A stretch of 64,000 nt of DNA from Candidatus Pacebacteria bacterium CG2_30_36_39 (GCA_001873435.1 MNZB01000002.1:65620-129619), one strand, 5' to 3'; counted from the first letter of the stretch, positions 30,406 to 42,000 are shown. The notes: a model not told the origin generated them from the letters alone. Program-made: numbers and translations.

Positions 30406-30882
30406 TTACTCCTTAATTATATCAATAATATTGTTTGAATTTTGCTCGTCACAATCTATATAAAACTGAATTTTCGTGGTATTAATTTTGAGAGTCAGTG
30501 TCACAAATAACATCATTATTAGCAATGATCCATAAAAAGGAGTGAGAGTTTTTGAAAATATCGAGCGAATCCATGTATTTTTTCCTTTTTTATGTTTTCT
30601 GTAGTCCATTGAAAAATCAATATCTTTATCCTTCTGTTTTCTAACAAAGTTGTATAAATCACGATAACATCGTTCAATTGAAAGGAAAAACCCATCTAGT
30701 AGCCAAAAAACTAAAATTAAGAAAAAAGAAAACAATATGTAAATACCCTCTTCATTATTAGAAGCAACTGTCAATAATCCTATTATGAGAGTGATAGTCC
30801 AACCTTTTAAAATAAACAAGTTACCACTCATTCGTGTAATGATGGTTTGGATCATTTTGAGATGTTCAACTTTTTTATCCAT
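30406..30882 (-). CDS. Membrane protein co-transcribed with the TIR gene (putative defence effector)
   Basis: HLKMIQTIITRMSGNLFILKGW, about three TM segments, LDGFFLSIER.YR.LY; 4 bp from the TIR gene. Confidence 0.75.
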   Translation of the reverse strand: MDKKVEHLKMIQTIITRMSGNLFILKGWTITLIIGLLTVASNNEEGIYILFSFFLILVFWLLDGFFLSIERCYRDLYNFVRKQKDKDIDFSMDYRKHKKGKNTWIRSIFSKTLTPFYGSLLIMMLFVTLTLKINTTKIQFYIDCDEQNSNNIIDIIKE

Positions 30883-30911
30883 ATGCTTATTATATCAACT
30901 AATTTTTCCTT

Positions 30912-31514
30912 TTATTTTCCAAGAAATGTCCTTGGATTCACTGGTATCCCATATACTCTGGCTTCAAGGTGTAGATGTGGCCCTGTTGACCAGCCAGTAG
31001 AGCCCATCTTGCCGATTTCATCCTCGACCTTTACCTCTTGCCCTTCAAAGACATAGATCTTATCTAAATGGCCATAAAGTGAGGTGATTTTATCCCCGTG
31101 GTCAATGATGATGTGCTTGCCATATCCCCAGAAGATCTCACCAGCATAGACTACCTTGCCCTGCATCAAAGGAGAGATGGGAGTCCCTAAGTTGTTGGCA
31201 ATATCAATTCCAGTATGAAAAACTTGATAACCACTTGATTGAGCAAATTCTAATGTAATGACCCCTAGTACTGGCCAGGCAATCGTGTGATCTACCTCGC
31301 TCACTACTTCTCCTGTGGTGGGGTCTAGGATCTGGATATTCTTAGTTTCACTATCTACTCCCACGAGTGCATCTGACACAACATTAATACCGGTGTGAGC
31401 CAGGATAAACACAGCAATCACTGGCAACATGATGACTACGAGAAAGGCGATTAAAACGAATTTAAACTCTTTCCTAAAAGAAAATATTGCTGCTACTTGG
31501 GCATAGATGTTCAT
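30912..31514 (-). CDS. M23 metallopeptidase (conjugative cell-wall hydrolase)
   Basis: HTGIDI, YGHL and GSTGWSTGPHLH motifs. Confidence 0.9.
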   Translation of the reverse strand: MNIYAQVAAIFSFRKEFKFVLIAFLVVIMLPVIAVFILAHTGINVVSDALVGVDSETKNIQILDPTTGEVVSEVDHTIAWPVLGVITLEFAQSSGYQVFHTGIDIANNLGTPISPLMQGKVVYAGEIFWGYGKHIIIDHGDKITSLYGHLDKIYVFEGQEVKVEDEIGKMGSTGWSTGPHLHLEARVYGIPVNPRTFLGK

Positions 31515-31516
31515 GG

Positions 31517-33328
31517 CTATTGGTAGATCTCTCTTGGATCAGTGGTCAAGAGAGGGTGCTCTTTTTCACTCGCTACCACCTTAAGTGCTACATGATTTTG
31601 ATCAGCAATAATTAAGCCTTCACCTTTGTCGCAAGTCAGTAAGTAGCGTTGTTCGTACTCACTCAAGTTAAACTCTTGAGCCACCTTTTTGATCGTGGTG
31701 GTGTCTTGTCTCATTAGGATACGAAGTGATGATTGTGAAGCAATTGCTCGACCATATTCTTGATTAAGAAAGTCATTTGCTTGTTGTGAGATGAGAGTGA
31801 CTCCTAGATAGTGCTTACGGGCTCGCCTAGTTAGTCCTGCTAGAAACCTAGCACTCTCTTCATGTTGGAGGAGAATCCAAGCCTCATCAATCACTAGAAT
31901 ACGCTTCTGTGGGTCAGCCTTGACTTGTGAATGAACAAAGTTAGCAGTCGCTAGAATCATAATCTGGCGGAGTGACTCGTCCAGATCCTTGATATCAAAT
32001 ACCACTAGTCGGTTATCCAGGTTCACATTAGTCTGTCCGTCAAATACCGTTGAGAGTGAGCCAGAGACAAATCTCTCCAATCTGTCACACAAGTCTTTTT
32101 GCTTCATCTTCTTGAGAGTTTTGTAGAGATCTTTTAGGAGTGGGAACTTTTGTTTGTCTTTGAACCTCTTCATTCGCATCGAGAAGCCAAAGTTTTTGTA
32201 AGTAGCAATCAGTGCTTTATCAATCACCGCTCGCTCCTCAGAGTTAAGCGATCCAACTAGTAAGGAGACTATCTCGGTTAGATCTTGGATGTGTTCGGCT
32301 AGATTATTATTGCCGTTATATGACTTGAGAGAGAAATCAAAAGGATTAATCTTTTCCTTGCTTGTTGAAGAGAGTCTAATGTATGTTCCCTTAACTGATT
32401 TAGTCAGTTGTTTGTACTCCCGCTCTGGGTCAATCACGATGACTCGGGTGCCTTGCATCAGTTGTCTTAAGATCTCGACTTTGGCGGTGTAGCTTTTACC
32501 ACTCCCAGATTGGGCAAATATTATGGCGTTAGCATTATTGAGTGAAAACCTATCCACGATTACCAAAGAGTTATTGGATTTGTTAATTCCGTACAATATC
32601 CCAGACTCTTGCACTAACTCAGACGAGACAAAGGGGAAAGTTAGCGCCGCACTAGAGCTATCTAGGTTGCGATTCTGTCCTAGTTTGTTCTCTCCTCGGG
32701 GTAGGGCGGTTTGCAGGCCCTCAAGTTGTTGGAAGGTGGCAGTCTTGATGTAAAAGAGTCTAGTAGACATGACTGTTTCTAGGATTGTGGTGATCTTGTT
32801 AAGATCGCACACGCTCTCAGCCGTGATCGTCATGTAAATACTGATCTGAAAGAGCTTTTCTTGCCCACGCTGGATCTTATCCTTAAGTTCAATTGCCGAC
32901 TCCAGTGGATCAGTAATCTCAGAACCAATTACCTTACCTTGTTTGAGCATAGTACGTTTGGTGGATTCAAGCTCAGTGATCTTTCGATTAAGTTTGGGCA
33001 GAGCTAGAAGTGGATTAATCTGCTCAATGTGATGTGAGATATCAATGTTGTGGTTAAAGTTAATGAGCATATTTAGCCAGCCCACGCTTGCAACATATGG
33101 ATAGCCGGAGATGAATAATGTGCGCACAAACTTATCACCCATTTGTAAGTAAGTAGATTCCTCCGCCAGTCCTGAATATGAGATGAGGTCAAGCTGATCT
33201 TGCCCGCCAAAATTAAACTGGACGGCCTTTTTCTCAAGTAGCTTTTGGACTTTTCTCTTTTTACTCCGCCTGACTCGCTTAGCATGTTCTTTTTTGATAG
33301 CATTTATTTTATTTTTAAAGTTAAACAT
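31517..33328 (-). CDS. virB4: VirB4-like T4SS ATPase
   Basis: AQSGSGKS, IDPERE, IDEAW and RRARKH motifs. Confidence 0.9.
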   Translation of the reverse strand: MFNFKNKINAIKKEHAKRVRRSKKRKVQKLLEKKAVQFNFGGQDQLDLISYSGLAEESTYLQMGDKFVRTLFISGYPYVASVGWLNMLINFNHNIDISHHIEQINPLLALPKLNRKITELESTKRTMLKQGKVIGSEITDPLESAIELKDKIQRGQEKLFQISIYMTITAESVCDLNKITTILETVMSTRLFYIKTATFQQLEGLQTALPRGENKLGQNRNLDSSSAALTFPFVSSELVQESGILYGINKSNNSLVIVDRFSLNNANAIIFAQSGSGKSYTAKVEILRQLMQGTRVIVIDPEREYKQLTKSVKGTYIRLSSTSKEKINPFDFSLKSYNGNNNLAEHIQDLTEIVSLLVGSLNSEERAVIDKALIATYKNFGFSMRMKRFKDKQKFPLLKDLYKTLKKMKQKDLCDRLERFVSGSLSTVFDGQTNVNLDNRLVVFDIKDLDESLRQIMILATANFVHSQVKADPQKRILVIDEAWILLQHEESARFLAGLTRRARKHYLGVTLISQQANDFLNQEYGRAIASQSSLRILMRQDTTTIKKVAQEFNLSEYEQRYLLTCDKGEGLIIADQNHVALKVVASEKEHPLLTTDPREIYQ

Positions 33329-33941
33329 AGTTATTCCTTAATAAGGCTTCAATGGTTTCGCTTTTTAATTCTTGGGTCTTAATTTGAGAAGGGTTATAGA
33401 AGCTATAGAACAAATCTAGTATTTCCAAGCTATCTAGTGCCTTGGTTTTGATCCCCATCTTCTCTAGAGACTTCATAATTAGATCGCGGGTGATATGGAG
33501 CTGTTCTTTGACTAGTTCAAAATCACGCTTTTTGCCCTCATGTCGATATGGCACCACGATATAGAAGTGGCGAGAGAGAATTTTATTGCCAGACACCAGA
33601 TTCTTGATAAATTGGCAGTAGTTAGTGATCTGATTTTTGTAGACTGTTTGCTTTTCCATATCTTTTGATCTCATCATCTGCTCTAAGTATTGATCAATAT
33701 CAACTTCTCGAACTCTCACCAAAATTTGGAGGTTGCAAGGCAGTGAATTAAGAAAGTTTTGATAACTATCAATAATCACGTCCTGCTCTTCTTCGCTCTT
33801 GAGTTCAAAATTAATAGAGGAGGTCTTGATCACCAGCCGATACTCATGGTTGGGTAGTATCAGGATTCCATTTCTCACCTCTTTGATCTCAATTTGTTTC
33901 CTGGAGTTAGTCTTACTTTTTGATTTGTTCAAAAGCCACAT
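33321..33941 (-). CDS. Conjugation protein (VirB4/TraC N-terminal-like)
   Basis: SINFELKSEEEQD.II..YQNFLNSL; located between PrgI and VirB4. Confidence 0.75.
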   Translation of the reverse strand: MWLLNKSKSKTNSRKQIEIKEVRNGILILPNHEYRLVIKTSSINFELKSEEEQDVIIDSYQNFLNSLPCNLQILVRVREVDIDQYLEQMMRSKDMEKQTVYKNQITNYCQFIKNLVSGNKILSRHFYIVVPYRHEGKKRDFELVKEQLHITRDLIMKSLEKMGIKTKALDSLEILDLFYSFYNPSQIKTQELKSETIEALLRNNYV

Positions 33942-34431
33942 TCAAACCTCCTTTCCTACTTACCTTGTAGCGAAAATCCATGTCTTTACTACCAATCAGA
34001 CTCTCCCAACTAACCAGATTCTTGACTTGATAAGCTTGAGGAGAGATCTTTTTCTTAACTTTAAGTTTGACCTGTTTTTGTTTGAGTACTTGCTCTTGTT
34101 CAAAGCTAGGCAAATACATGGTTCTTAAGTGAGTCTCGTTTTTGTTGTAGACATAATATTTTGCTCGCAGGTTGTAGCGAAGTAAGATTGCTAGCCAATC
34201 TACAACCACTTTGCCTTTAATTCTCAGAGATAGTAGCAGGCAGGTCACAAATACTACTGCCGAGACGATGAGTTTGTAGACTACAAAACTCATGGTAGGT
34301 GGGAGAATTGAGTAGATTAGAGTGGTAAAAAACACTGGTGCCATTAGAATCAGCATCTGCAAGAGGTTTAGACTTCCCACGATCTTGTCTTCTACAGTTG
34401 TAATTTGAGCTGGGATTACTCTAGTTCTCAT
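33913..34431 (-). CDS. PrgI-family protein (VirB3-like)
   Basis: IPAQI..VEDKIVGSL...Q followed by two TM segments. Confidence 0.78.
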   Translation of the reverse strand: MRTRVIPAQITTVEDKIVGSLNLLQMLILMAPVFFTTLIYSILPPTMSFVVYKLIVSAVVFVTCLLLSLRIKGKVVVDWLAILLRYNLRAKYYVYNKNETHLRTMYLPSFEQEQVLKQKQVKLKVKKKISPQAYQVKNLVSWESLIGSKDMDFRYKVSRKGGLNVAFEQIKK

Positions 34432-35720
34432 CCGTCAATGACCTTTCTAGGTAGTTTTACTTTGCTAGCGGCTGCTCTAGTTGTTGAAGCTGAGTTGTCC
34501 GCGCTAATTACATTAACCACTTGATTGCTCATTTTCTTAAGAGCCGAGCTCTTGGCGGTGTAAAAAACCATTTGCATCATCAGTGATGGGGTTTTAAGGA
34601 GCGTAAAAAACAAACCAATTGCTACAGCTACTGAGATCAGTGAGTTCTCAGTGTGATCAGGTAGAGCCAGGAATGCTCCTGCAAGTTGTATTATCACTAC
34701 ATGGACAAACACCATAAAAACATTCACAAAGTAGGTTTTAACTGCGATAGTGGCAAAATCAGAGAATCTGGGTAATGCCCACATCATAAAGACAAATGGA
34801 GCGAGGACTGCACCCAGGGCAATCATGATTAGTCGGCTGATATATATGAGAAGCAAAACTATCGAGACTATCAGAAATAGCACTAGGAAGATGAGAATAA
34901 TTAGTGGAGCGGTACCAGTAATCAGAGTAGTAGGGTTAATTGCATCCACTACCCAGGCGTGGTTGAGTCCACCAGTTGAGTCAAGTATGGCTTGTACTAG
35001 GGCGTTGCTAGTTATGATGAGATAGTTTGCTAAAAATAACGAGACATTAGCTCCCAGGAAAGCTAAGCCAATTCTAGGTAATAGTTGCCCAAGTTCCATT
35101 TCCTCAAAGCCAAAGGTGCTGGCGCTCATAAACTGGAGGCCTAGTAGTGCCACCACTACGACAAACAAGGCGTCTACTATCCCCACACTCACTAACCAAT
35201 ACTCACGAATCACAGAGTTATCAAGTAAGTTTGGAGTAGTAGTCAGATATCCTAAGACTCCATTGACGATTGGCTCAGTCGAGCTCTCCACAATGTTTTG
35301 GATAAAGCCTGAAACCGCGTCGATCAGGACTTGAGTAAGGCCGTCACTTGGCTCCACAGTCTCGATTGCCACCATATCGATATTACTGCCTCCGCTAGTG
35401 TTACTTGGCGCATTCAGTGAGCTATTAAAGATCGAGACCAAAACATTGGCAGACAATACCATTACCAGGCCAATCACAGTATTTTTGATGGTGCGCTTAG
35501 CTGATTCCAAGGCTTGCGGTTTGCCAGTGGAGGTAATGTAGGTGTAGCCACCTTTGATTAAAAAAAAGACCGCGGCTGCGGTCGAGATTATAGTTAACAT
35601 TTCCAATGTGCTATTGGTATAGTCGATTATTCCTGGGCTAGCAGACTGAGCGAAAACGGGACGAGTGAAAATAGATAAGAGTGTGAGAGTTGTAAAAATG
35701 TAGTTAACTAATTTCTTCAT
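34428..35720 (-). CDS. Pilin-like domain fused to a VirB6/TrbL-like polytopic membrane protein
   Basis: N-terminal GGYTYITSTG.P..LE.AK pilin motif followed by multiple TM segments. Confidence 0.72.
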   Translation of the reverse strand: MKKLVNYIFTTLTLLSIFTRPVFAQSASPGIIDYTNSTLEMLTIISTAAAVFFLIKGGYTYITSTGKPQALESAKRTIKNTVIGLVMVLSANVLVSIFNSSLNAPSNTSGGSNIDMVAIETVEPSDGLTQVLIDAVSGFIQNIVESSTEPIVNGVLGYLTTTPNLLDNSVIREYWLVSVGIVDALFVVVVALLGLQFMSASTFGFEEMELGQLLPRIGLAFLGANVSLFLANYLIITSNALVQAILDSTGGLNHAWVVDAINPTTLITGTAPLIILIFLVLFLIVSIVLLLIYISRLIMIALGAVLAPFVFMMWALPRFSDFATIAVKTYFVNVFMVFVHVVIIQLAGAFLALPDHTENSLISVAVAIGLFFTLLKTPSLMMQMVFYTAKSSALKKMSNQVVNVISADNSASTTRAAASKVKLPRKVIDG

Positions 35721-35755
35721 TTAGTACTTTTGTTTACGGGCAGGAAGTAATGATC

Positions 35756-36088
35756 TTACTGACCAGAGCCAAAGGCAGTGCCAGCCAAGTCACCAATTAC
35801 ATTGGAGAGAACAAATGCCCCCAAGACTAGAGTAAGGCCGATAGCAGAGTACAAAATTGTTTTCTTGGATTTTTCTAGGGCTTCTGGGTTGCCAGAACTG
35901 GTGATATATCCCACTCCACCCCAGACGATAAATCCTGCAGCAACAAGACCAGAAAGGGTGACTAATACTTGGATCACACTTTGAATGAAGGTTTGGATCT
36001 TGCCCACGTCATTTGCTTGAGCCATTACGGGAGCGGCTGTCATCAACCATGTCATCACAACTGCTGGGATGATAATTTTTTTCTTCAT
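35756..36088 (-). CDS. VirB2/TrbC-like pilin
   Basis: Signal peptide and GGVGYITSSGNPEALEKSKKTILYSAIGL; start moved to the M after an AAGGGG SD. Confidence 0.8.
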   Translation of the reverse strand: MKKKIIIPAVVMTWLMTAAPVMAQANDVGKIQTFIQSVIQVLVTLSGLVAAGFIVWGGVGYITSSGNPEALEKSKKTILYSAIGLTLVLGAFVLSNVIGDLAGTAFGSGQ

Positions 36089-36278
36089 ACATACCCCTTT
36101 CTTGATCAGCGGGCAGTACTGAAAAATTGTTAATAAAAAAGCCACCTCATCGTTGGGCAGCTATTTACCTGTTCAATTACTTTAATTAATTGAATCTGGA
36201 TCAAATTATATCAAGGGACTTGAGAAAGTCAAATTTTAGTATGTTGGCGCCTTAACTTTAGGTAGCATTCAGAATTCA

Positions 36279-38249
36279 CTACTCATATCTTAGAGCATTA
36301 AGTGCCGAGATCTTGGTAGCTCGTTTAGCTGGGAAGTAACCAGTGGCAATACCCACTAGCATTGATAGAAATAACACTGCGATCACGAAAATTGGTGGAA
36401 CGTAAGAAATATCTACAAACCCGACTCCCTTTACAATCGATAAGGCGGATAAGACGACGCTGAGTACCTTACCCACCAAAAGCCCCAAAACTAGTCCTAA
36501 AATCCCACCGTACAACCCCATTATCATGGATTCTGTGAGAAACAATGACTTAACTTCATCAGATTTCATGCCCATCGCTTTCATTAAGCCCACTTCACGT
36601 GTTCTCTCAAGTAGTGAGACAGTTAGAGTGTTAAACATCCCCAGTGCCGCTACCGATAAAGCCACCATTCCTAGAATAGAAAGTATTAATCTAAAATTAG
36701 CAAATAAGCTGTCAATTTGAGCTACTGTATCGGCAACGGATACAGTACCATAGCCTGCCGATTCGATTGTGCTTCTAACTTTGATCAAGTTGCTTTTGTC
36801 ATCCACAATCACTTTGGTTTGAGAAAACTTGTTAACTCCCATGGATCTAACGTCAATAAATGGCACGTAGATAATTGGCGTACCCTCATCTGCTATCACT
36901 CCCACAATGGTGTACTTAAGTGGGGCTGACTCAACTCGTTTACTTGGATCATCCAGGAGTTCTCCTACCACAACCATGGCTAGGTCTAGCTCACGACCAA
37001 TTGCCTCATTCTCCGAGATGTTAAGTAGTTGCAAGACTGATCGGTTAACTACTATTTGCTTTTTTGCCTCACTATTTATATCTACTTTTTCGATGTCTTG
37101 CTCATTTGCACTAGCTGATTCACTGGCAATCTCTACGACCGGCAAGCTCCCGTCAGTCTCATCAGTACTTACTCCCAACACTTGGCTCACAATTTCCCTG
37201 GGAGTAGCGGTCATGGATATTTCTGCTACAAACCCCTCTGCTTGAGTCTGAGTGTTGTCTTCCTCTCTTACAACCATGTACTCACCATCCTCGCAGTCGC
37301 CACTTTCTTCTATGTTGCAGGGAGTCTTATCCCACAGCAAATATGTTGACTTGACCCACTTGCCTAGTGGGACACCGCCCGCAGTTTCTCCAGCTTGACC
37401 TGCCTCACCATTGGACTCAAAATTCTCTCCCCAAACTTCAACTCCATCAGTATTACCTTCAATTCGCTTGGTATAGCCAATAATTGGGGAATCTGTACTT
37501 GGCTCTTCTCTCACCTTGAGAAACACTCCTTGTGTAATCGAGATTTCAACATCTCCAATTTCCTCACCCACCTCACGCGTCACAGAAGAAACACCCAAAA
37601 CCGGTGGCATATTAGTAGTATCAAAGGCGGTAGTATTGCTCTCAAATAAGTTGCCCTTAACAGGTTGTAAGGCAGAATACTTGAGGTAATCAGCGGTAGC
37701 ACCATAGACGGCAATATCGGAGACAGAGTTTTGATAAGACACTCTCCCTACAACTGCAATCAGGGGTAGGACGTCGGTAACATTGGTAATTTGTTTAAAC
37801 TTGGCAAGAGTGGCATCAGTCAAACTCAAGTCTGCTGACAGTCCAGGTACTACCTCGGCCTGCTTGAGCTCATCTAGTCTTGCCACACGTGAGATTACTA
37901 GCTGTTGCAAGCCATACCCAATCGACACTAAAAACACGATGAATGATATTCCAATTGCCATTCCTCCAATGGTAACAATTGTGCGAGTTTTCTTGGCCGC
38001 CATGTTTTTAAATGAAATCTCAATCAAGTACAAGCGAGAAACACCGCTCTTATCAGCCTTATCAAGCGACTTTACCCAGCTGTCAAATTTCTCTGAGACA
38101 GATCTTAACACGCGATTTTTTTGACCAAGCCTGTTTAGCAGTAAGGTAAACGAATACAAAATAGTCAATATAACAAAACTACTGATCTCATAAGTAGATC
38201 GCCAGAGGGTTTTTAGAATTGGTTTTTTGTTTCTTTTAAGTGTTTTCAT
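36279..38249 (-). CDS. MacB/FtsX-family ABC permease with a large extracytoplasmic insertion
   Basis: NTLTVSLLERTREVGLMKAMG and PAKRA..ALRYE; SH3b-like LKVREEPSTDSPIIG insertion. Confidence 0.88.
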   Translation of the reverse strand: MKTLKRNKKPILKTLWRSTYEISSFVILTILYSFTLLLNRLGQKNRVLRSVSEKFDSWVKSLDKADKSGVSRLYLIEISFKNMAAKKTRTIVTIGGMAIGISFIVFLVSIGYGLQQLVISRVARLDELKQAEVVPGLSADLSLTDATLAKFKQITNVTDVLPLIAVVGRVSYQNSVSDIAVYGATADYLKYSALQPVKGNLFESNTTAFDTTNMPPVLGVSSVTREVGEEIGDVEISITQGVFLKVREEPSTDSPIIGYTKRIEGNTDGVEVWGENFESNGEAGQAGETAGGVPLGKWVKSTYLLWDKTPCNIEESGDCEDGEYMVVREEDNTQTQAEGFVAEISMTATPREIVSQVLGVSTDETDGSLPVVEIASESASANEQDIEKVDINSEAKKQIVVNRSVLQLLNISENEAIGRELDLAMVVVGELLDDPSKRVESAPLKYTIVGVIADEGTPIIYVPFIDVRSMGVNKFSQTKVIVDDKSNLIKVRSTIESAGYGTVSVADTVAQIDSLFANFRLILSILGMVALSVAALGMFNTLTVSLLERTREVGLMKAMGMKSDEVKSLFLTESMIMGLYGGILGLVLGLLVGKVLSVVLSALSIVKGVGFVDISYVPPIFVIAVLFLSMLVGIATGYFPAKRATKISALNALRYE

Positions 38250-39031
38250 GATTTTTCTGTCTCGCTATTGGTAGGATTGATTGAGGACATAAGTTTTTTA
38301 AACCCACCGATTTTCCCTGCTAACTCATGACTCTTTGCTTGTCCCACAATTTTACCGTCAAACATAATTAGAGAGCGAGAGGCAAATGTCATGTACTCCA
38401 AGTCATGCGTAACCATGATAATAGTTCTACCCTCGTGATTGAGTCTCTGGAGTAACTCCATTAGCTCTTGGCCGGATTTGAAGTCTAGGTTGCCGGTTGG
38501 TTCATCAGCAATGATAATCTTGGGGCTAGTGACTACCGCGCGAGCCAAGGCTATTTTTTGTTGTTGACCACTTGATAGCTCGGTAGGGATGTAGTCCTGC
38601 CAGTTATCCATGCCTACCATTTTTAACACCTCAGACGCTTTCTTTTTGGCCTCATCATGGAGCTCACCATTGATTCGCAGGGCAAACATAATGTTTTCCA
38701 ACACAGTCAGAGCTTTGATCCAGTTGGGTTGCTGGTAAACCATCCCGACATCGTTTTTGCGAATCTCGGTTCGCTCATCCTCATTTAACCCTTGATAGAG
38801 TTGCTGTCCCAAAAACTCCACACTGCCAGTGGTTGGAGGCTCTAGTCCGAGTAAGATATGCAGTAGGGTTGACTTGCCACAACCTGATGGGCCCGTGATA
38901 ATGATAAACTCTCCGCTTGCGACTTGCAGATTGATCTCTTTGAGTACTGGTACTTTGGTAGATCTAACCTCGAAGGTCTTATTCAGATCTTTGACTGTGA
39001 TGACAGTTTGGGAGGAGTTTGCTTGATTCAT
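38246..39031 (-). CDS. ABC ATP-binding protein (LolD/MacB type)
   Basis: GPSGCGKST, LSSGQQQ and ADEPTGNLD motifs. Confidence 0.93.
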   Translation of the reverse strand: MNQANSSQTVITVKDLNKTFEVRSTKVPVLKEINLQVASGEFIIITGPSGCGKSTLLHILLGLEPPTTGSVEFLGQQLYQGLNEDERTEIRKNDVGMVYQQPNWIKALTVLENIMFALRINGELHDEAKKKASEVLKMVGMDNWQDYIPTELSSGQQQKIALARAVVTSPKIIIADEPTGNLDFKSGQELMELLQRLNHEGRTIIMVTHDLEYMTFASRSLIMFDGKIVGQAKSHELAGKIGGFKKLMSSINPTNSETEKS

Positions 39032-39033
39032 AG

Positions 39034-42000
39034 TTATTTTGGTATGACTCCTGTCACAAAGCCAAATGCTTCGGACAAATTCTTAATGACCAGATCAAGG
39101 GCAGAACGAGTAGCCTTAGGGGCGATGGTGACCAAATCAATGCTTTGTGTATTATTACCGGTGCCGTCCTGAGAGATCGCTCGTAAGTGATAAACTTGGC
39201 TTGGCACGAGGCCTGACAAAATAACCGTGTGATTGTTGGTGAGATTGCCGTCATATTGGGACTTTTGAGAATAGGTATTGCCTGATCCCTGACCAAATTC
39301 AACTTGACTACTAGCTGGCTCATCTGTATCCCAGGTGACAATTAGTTGTGCCTTAACATCCCCGGCAGCAAACCAAACCGGCGGGATAGTGCCACCAATA
39401 ACTTTGAGATTAAGAATTTGAGGCGGTCTGGTATCGGTGGCAGTGGTGAAGCGCTGAATATCACTGGTTGCCTCGTTACCTAGTTTATCCCTACCCTTGA
39501 CCACCAAGAAGTACTTGGTTTGAGCCGCAAGGTTACGAATTATCATTGAATGAGCACCTTTTTCTAAGAGTACCTTGACTTCGTCCCGTGCTTCTCCAGC
39601 ATTGTTTTCTGGGTAGTAGGTCACAATCGAAGAGACCTCTGTATTGGTGCTCCAGGTCACGCGGATGGTAGTTTGAGCTGCATTAGCCACAGTTTCCAGG
39701 CGAACTCCCGAGATTTTGGGTCGGGGCAGGGTGGTGAAGTCGTTAATCTGATTATCGTATTCATAGTTATCGCTATCAAAAGTATTGATCTTATAGTAGT
39801 ACTTAGTCCCATCATCCAACTCTGCTAGCTGAGTAGTGTAGGTCGTCTCACTGGTTGAGGTAGAGACTTCTTTGACTGCCCCAAAATTAGTGGTCTTGCC
39901 GTAATAAATCTTGACTTTGGAGGCTCCCTTGACTGTGTATTGGATGATTCCTGAGGTGAGTCCCACGTTTTCGGCTGAGACATCAAATACAGTTGGGGCA
40001 GCCTGAGTGGTAAAACTGTTCTCGTCTGATTCTCCAGTGTTTCCATCTTCATCCGTCCACTTAGCCTTGTAATAGTAAGTAGTGCCAGCAGTTAGGCCAG
40101 TCAGATTGATCTCGTGGTCGGTAACTTGGCTAGAGCTACTTGGCTCCTCAGTGTTATACGAACCACTACTTGTGCCGTAAGCTACTTTGGAGTCAGCACT
40201 CCTGCTTGTACTCCAACTAATCTTGGCTTTTTTGGTGGTAATGCCTGACTCCGAAGGCTCAGAGGATAGAGTTGGAGCAGTGGTGTAGCGTCCGGTAGGA
40301 GTAATGGTGACGGCATTGGTGCCACTACTGGTCGCATTGGCGCCGTCTTTGGTGTAGATCTTGTAATAGTACTGGGCAGATTCAGGAGTGTTGTCTACAT
40401 ATGACAGGCCGCTAGTTGTCCCCACTTGAGAGAAAGTGGTGCCATCAGCTGAGCGATATACCAGATAGGTCAAGTTGCCTGCCCCTTGGTAGCTAGGTGC
40501 AGTCCAGGTCAGAGTGGCATACCACTTGGACTCAGATTTGATTGATGAGTCGGAGGCCACCAAATTACTGACATTATCAGGGTCAGTCGAGTTGAGGGTA
40601 AAAGTACCCGAGATATAGTTACTGGGGCTATAGTTATCCGCATCATCGACCGCTACCACGTAGACCGTATTACTCCCCTTATTTACCCCTGGTAGAGCCG
40701 TAGCATCCACGGTGATTGCCGTCCCGTTATCAATATATGTAGCGGCATTGCCAGTTATGGTTGAGAGTGTCGAGGGAGGAGCGACGTTGACCATGTAGTA
40801 GTAATTAGTTACACTCTGGCCTAATGTTGCAGTGGCCTCAGGCCAGCTCAGAGCAAAAGAGTTGGCCGTCGAAGAACTAGGAGCAACAGTAATAGTATCA
40901 CTCCCGCCAAAGGTTGGTGCAGCCCCGCCATACTCCAAACTACAGGTGCGAATACTAGCATCAGCGCTGACGTTTCCGGCTGCATCAACGCTACGAAAAT
41001 AGACAATGTTACTGCCGGTGGCGATACCGCTTCCGTCTTGCGCGTCAGTCAGGGTGCGGGATGTTTCTGAAGTGGGAATATAGTTATTAATTCCCAACAC
41101 TGACTCAGTTGTAGTTCCAAGCCAAGTGCCACCCGTGGTATTGATCTGATACTGCCAGCCCAAAGTCCCGGCGTTATCATCAACTGTCGCGGTTGCGCCA
41201 CTAGTAGGCCAGGAGAAGTTCATGTCCGCCACATTGGCAAAGCTCCCACCCGGACAAGAGACGTAGGAAACATTGGTAGGTGGGGTATTATCAAATCTAA
41301 ATTGGAATTGTTCACTTGCTCCAGTGAACACGTTTTCAGCGTTATCAATTGCTTTAATATTAAGATAATACGGATCACTGCCAGTAGTTAACCAAGTGCT
41401 ACCTCGATAGCTAGTGGTGGCAAAATCAATGCTGGTACCAGCCACGATAAACTGACAAGTCGAGCCGGCGGTAGATACCGGCGAGGTACCAAGCAAGCCT
41501 TTACTAGTGGCCGGATCTCCGTCAGGGTCAGTCCCCAAATATAAACAGTAGCCTTTGAGTCCCACCCCACCTGCATTATCAGCGCCAGCCGTCCAGCTAT
41601 AATACGGGGCAATATTATTTGTCCAGTCGTTACTGCTCATGCTAGTACCACCATTAGTTCTAGTCATCGCGATGGCCGAGGCATTAGTGTCAGGTGCCGC
41701 AGTATCAGTAGTGAGCCCAATACTCAGGTTGGTTATTGAAGGCGTATCCGCCCCACCAAAGCCCATAATGGCTTTAATTGAGATTTTTTGGGAAGTTACA
41801 GACAAGGCTTGCATAGCAGATTGAGTCAGCTCGGCGGCTGTGTTGACATGGGTAGTAGTGTTACTAGCTGTTGCCCATGCTCCACCATCCCAATAATTCC
41901 AACTCCCACCTGACTCACAAGTGGAGCCGTCATCTAGGCAGAGCTGGTAGACCACACTGGCGTTGCCGCTAGCCGTCACTCCGTCATCGCTACAGGTACT

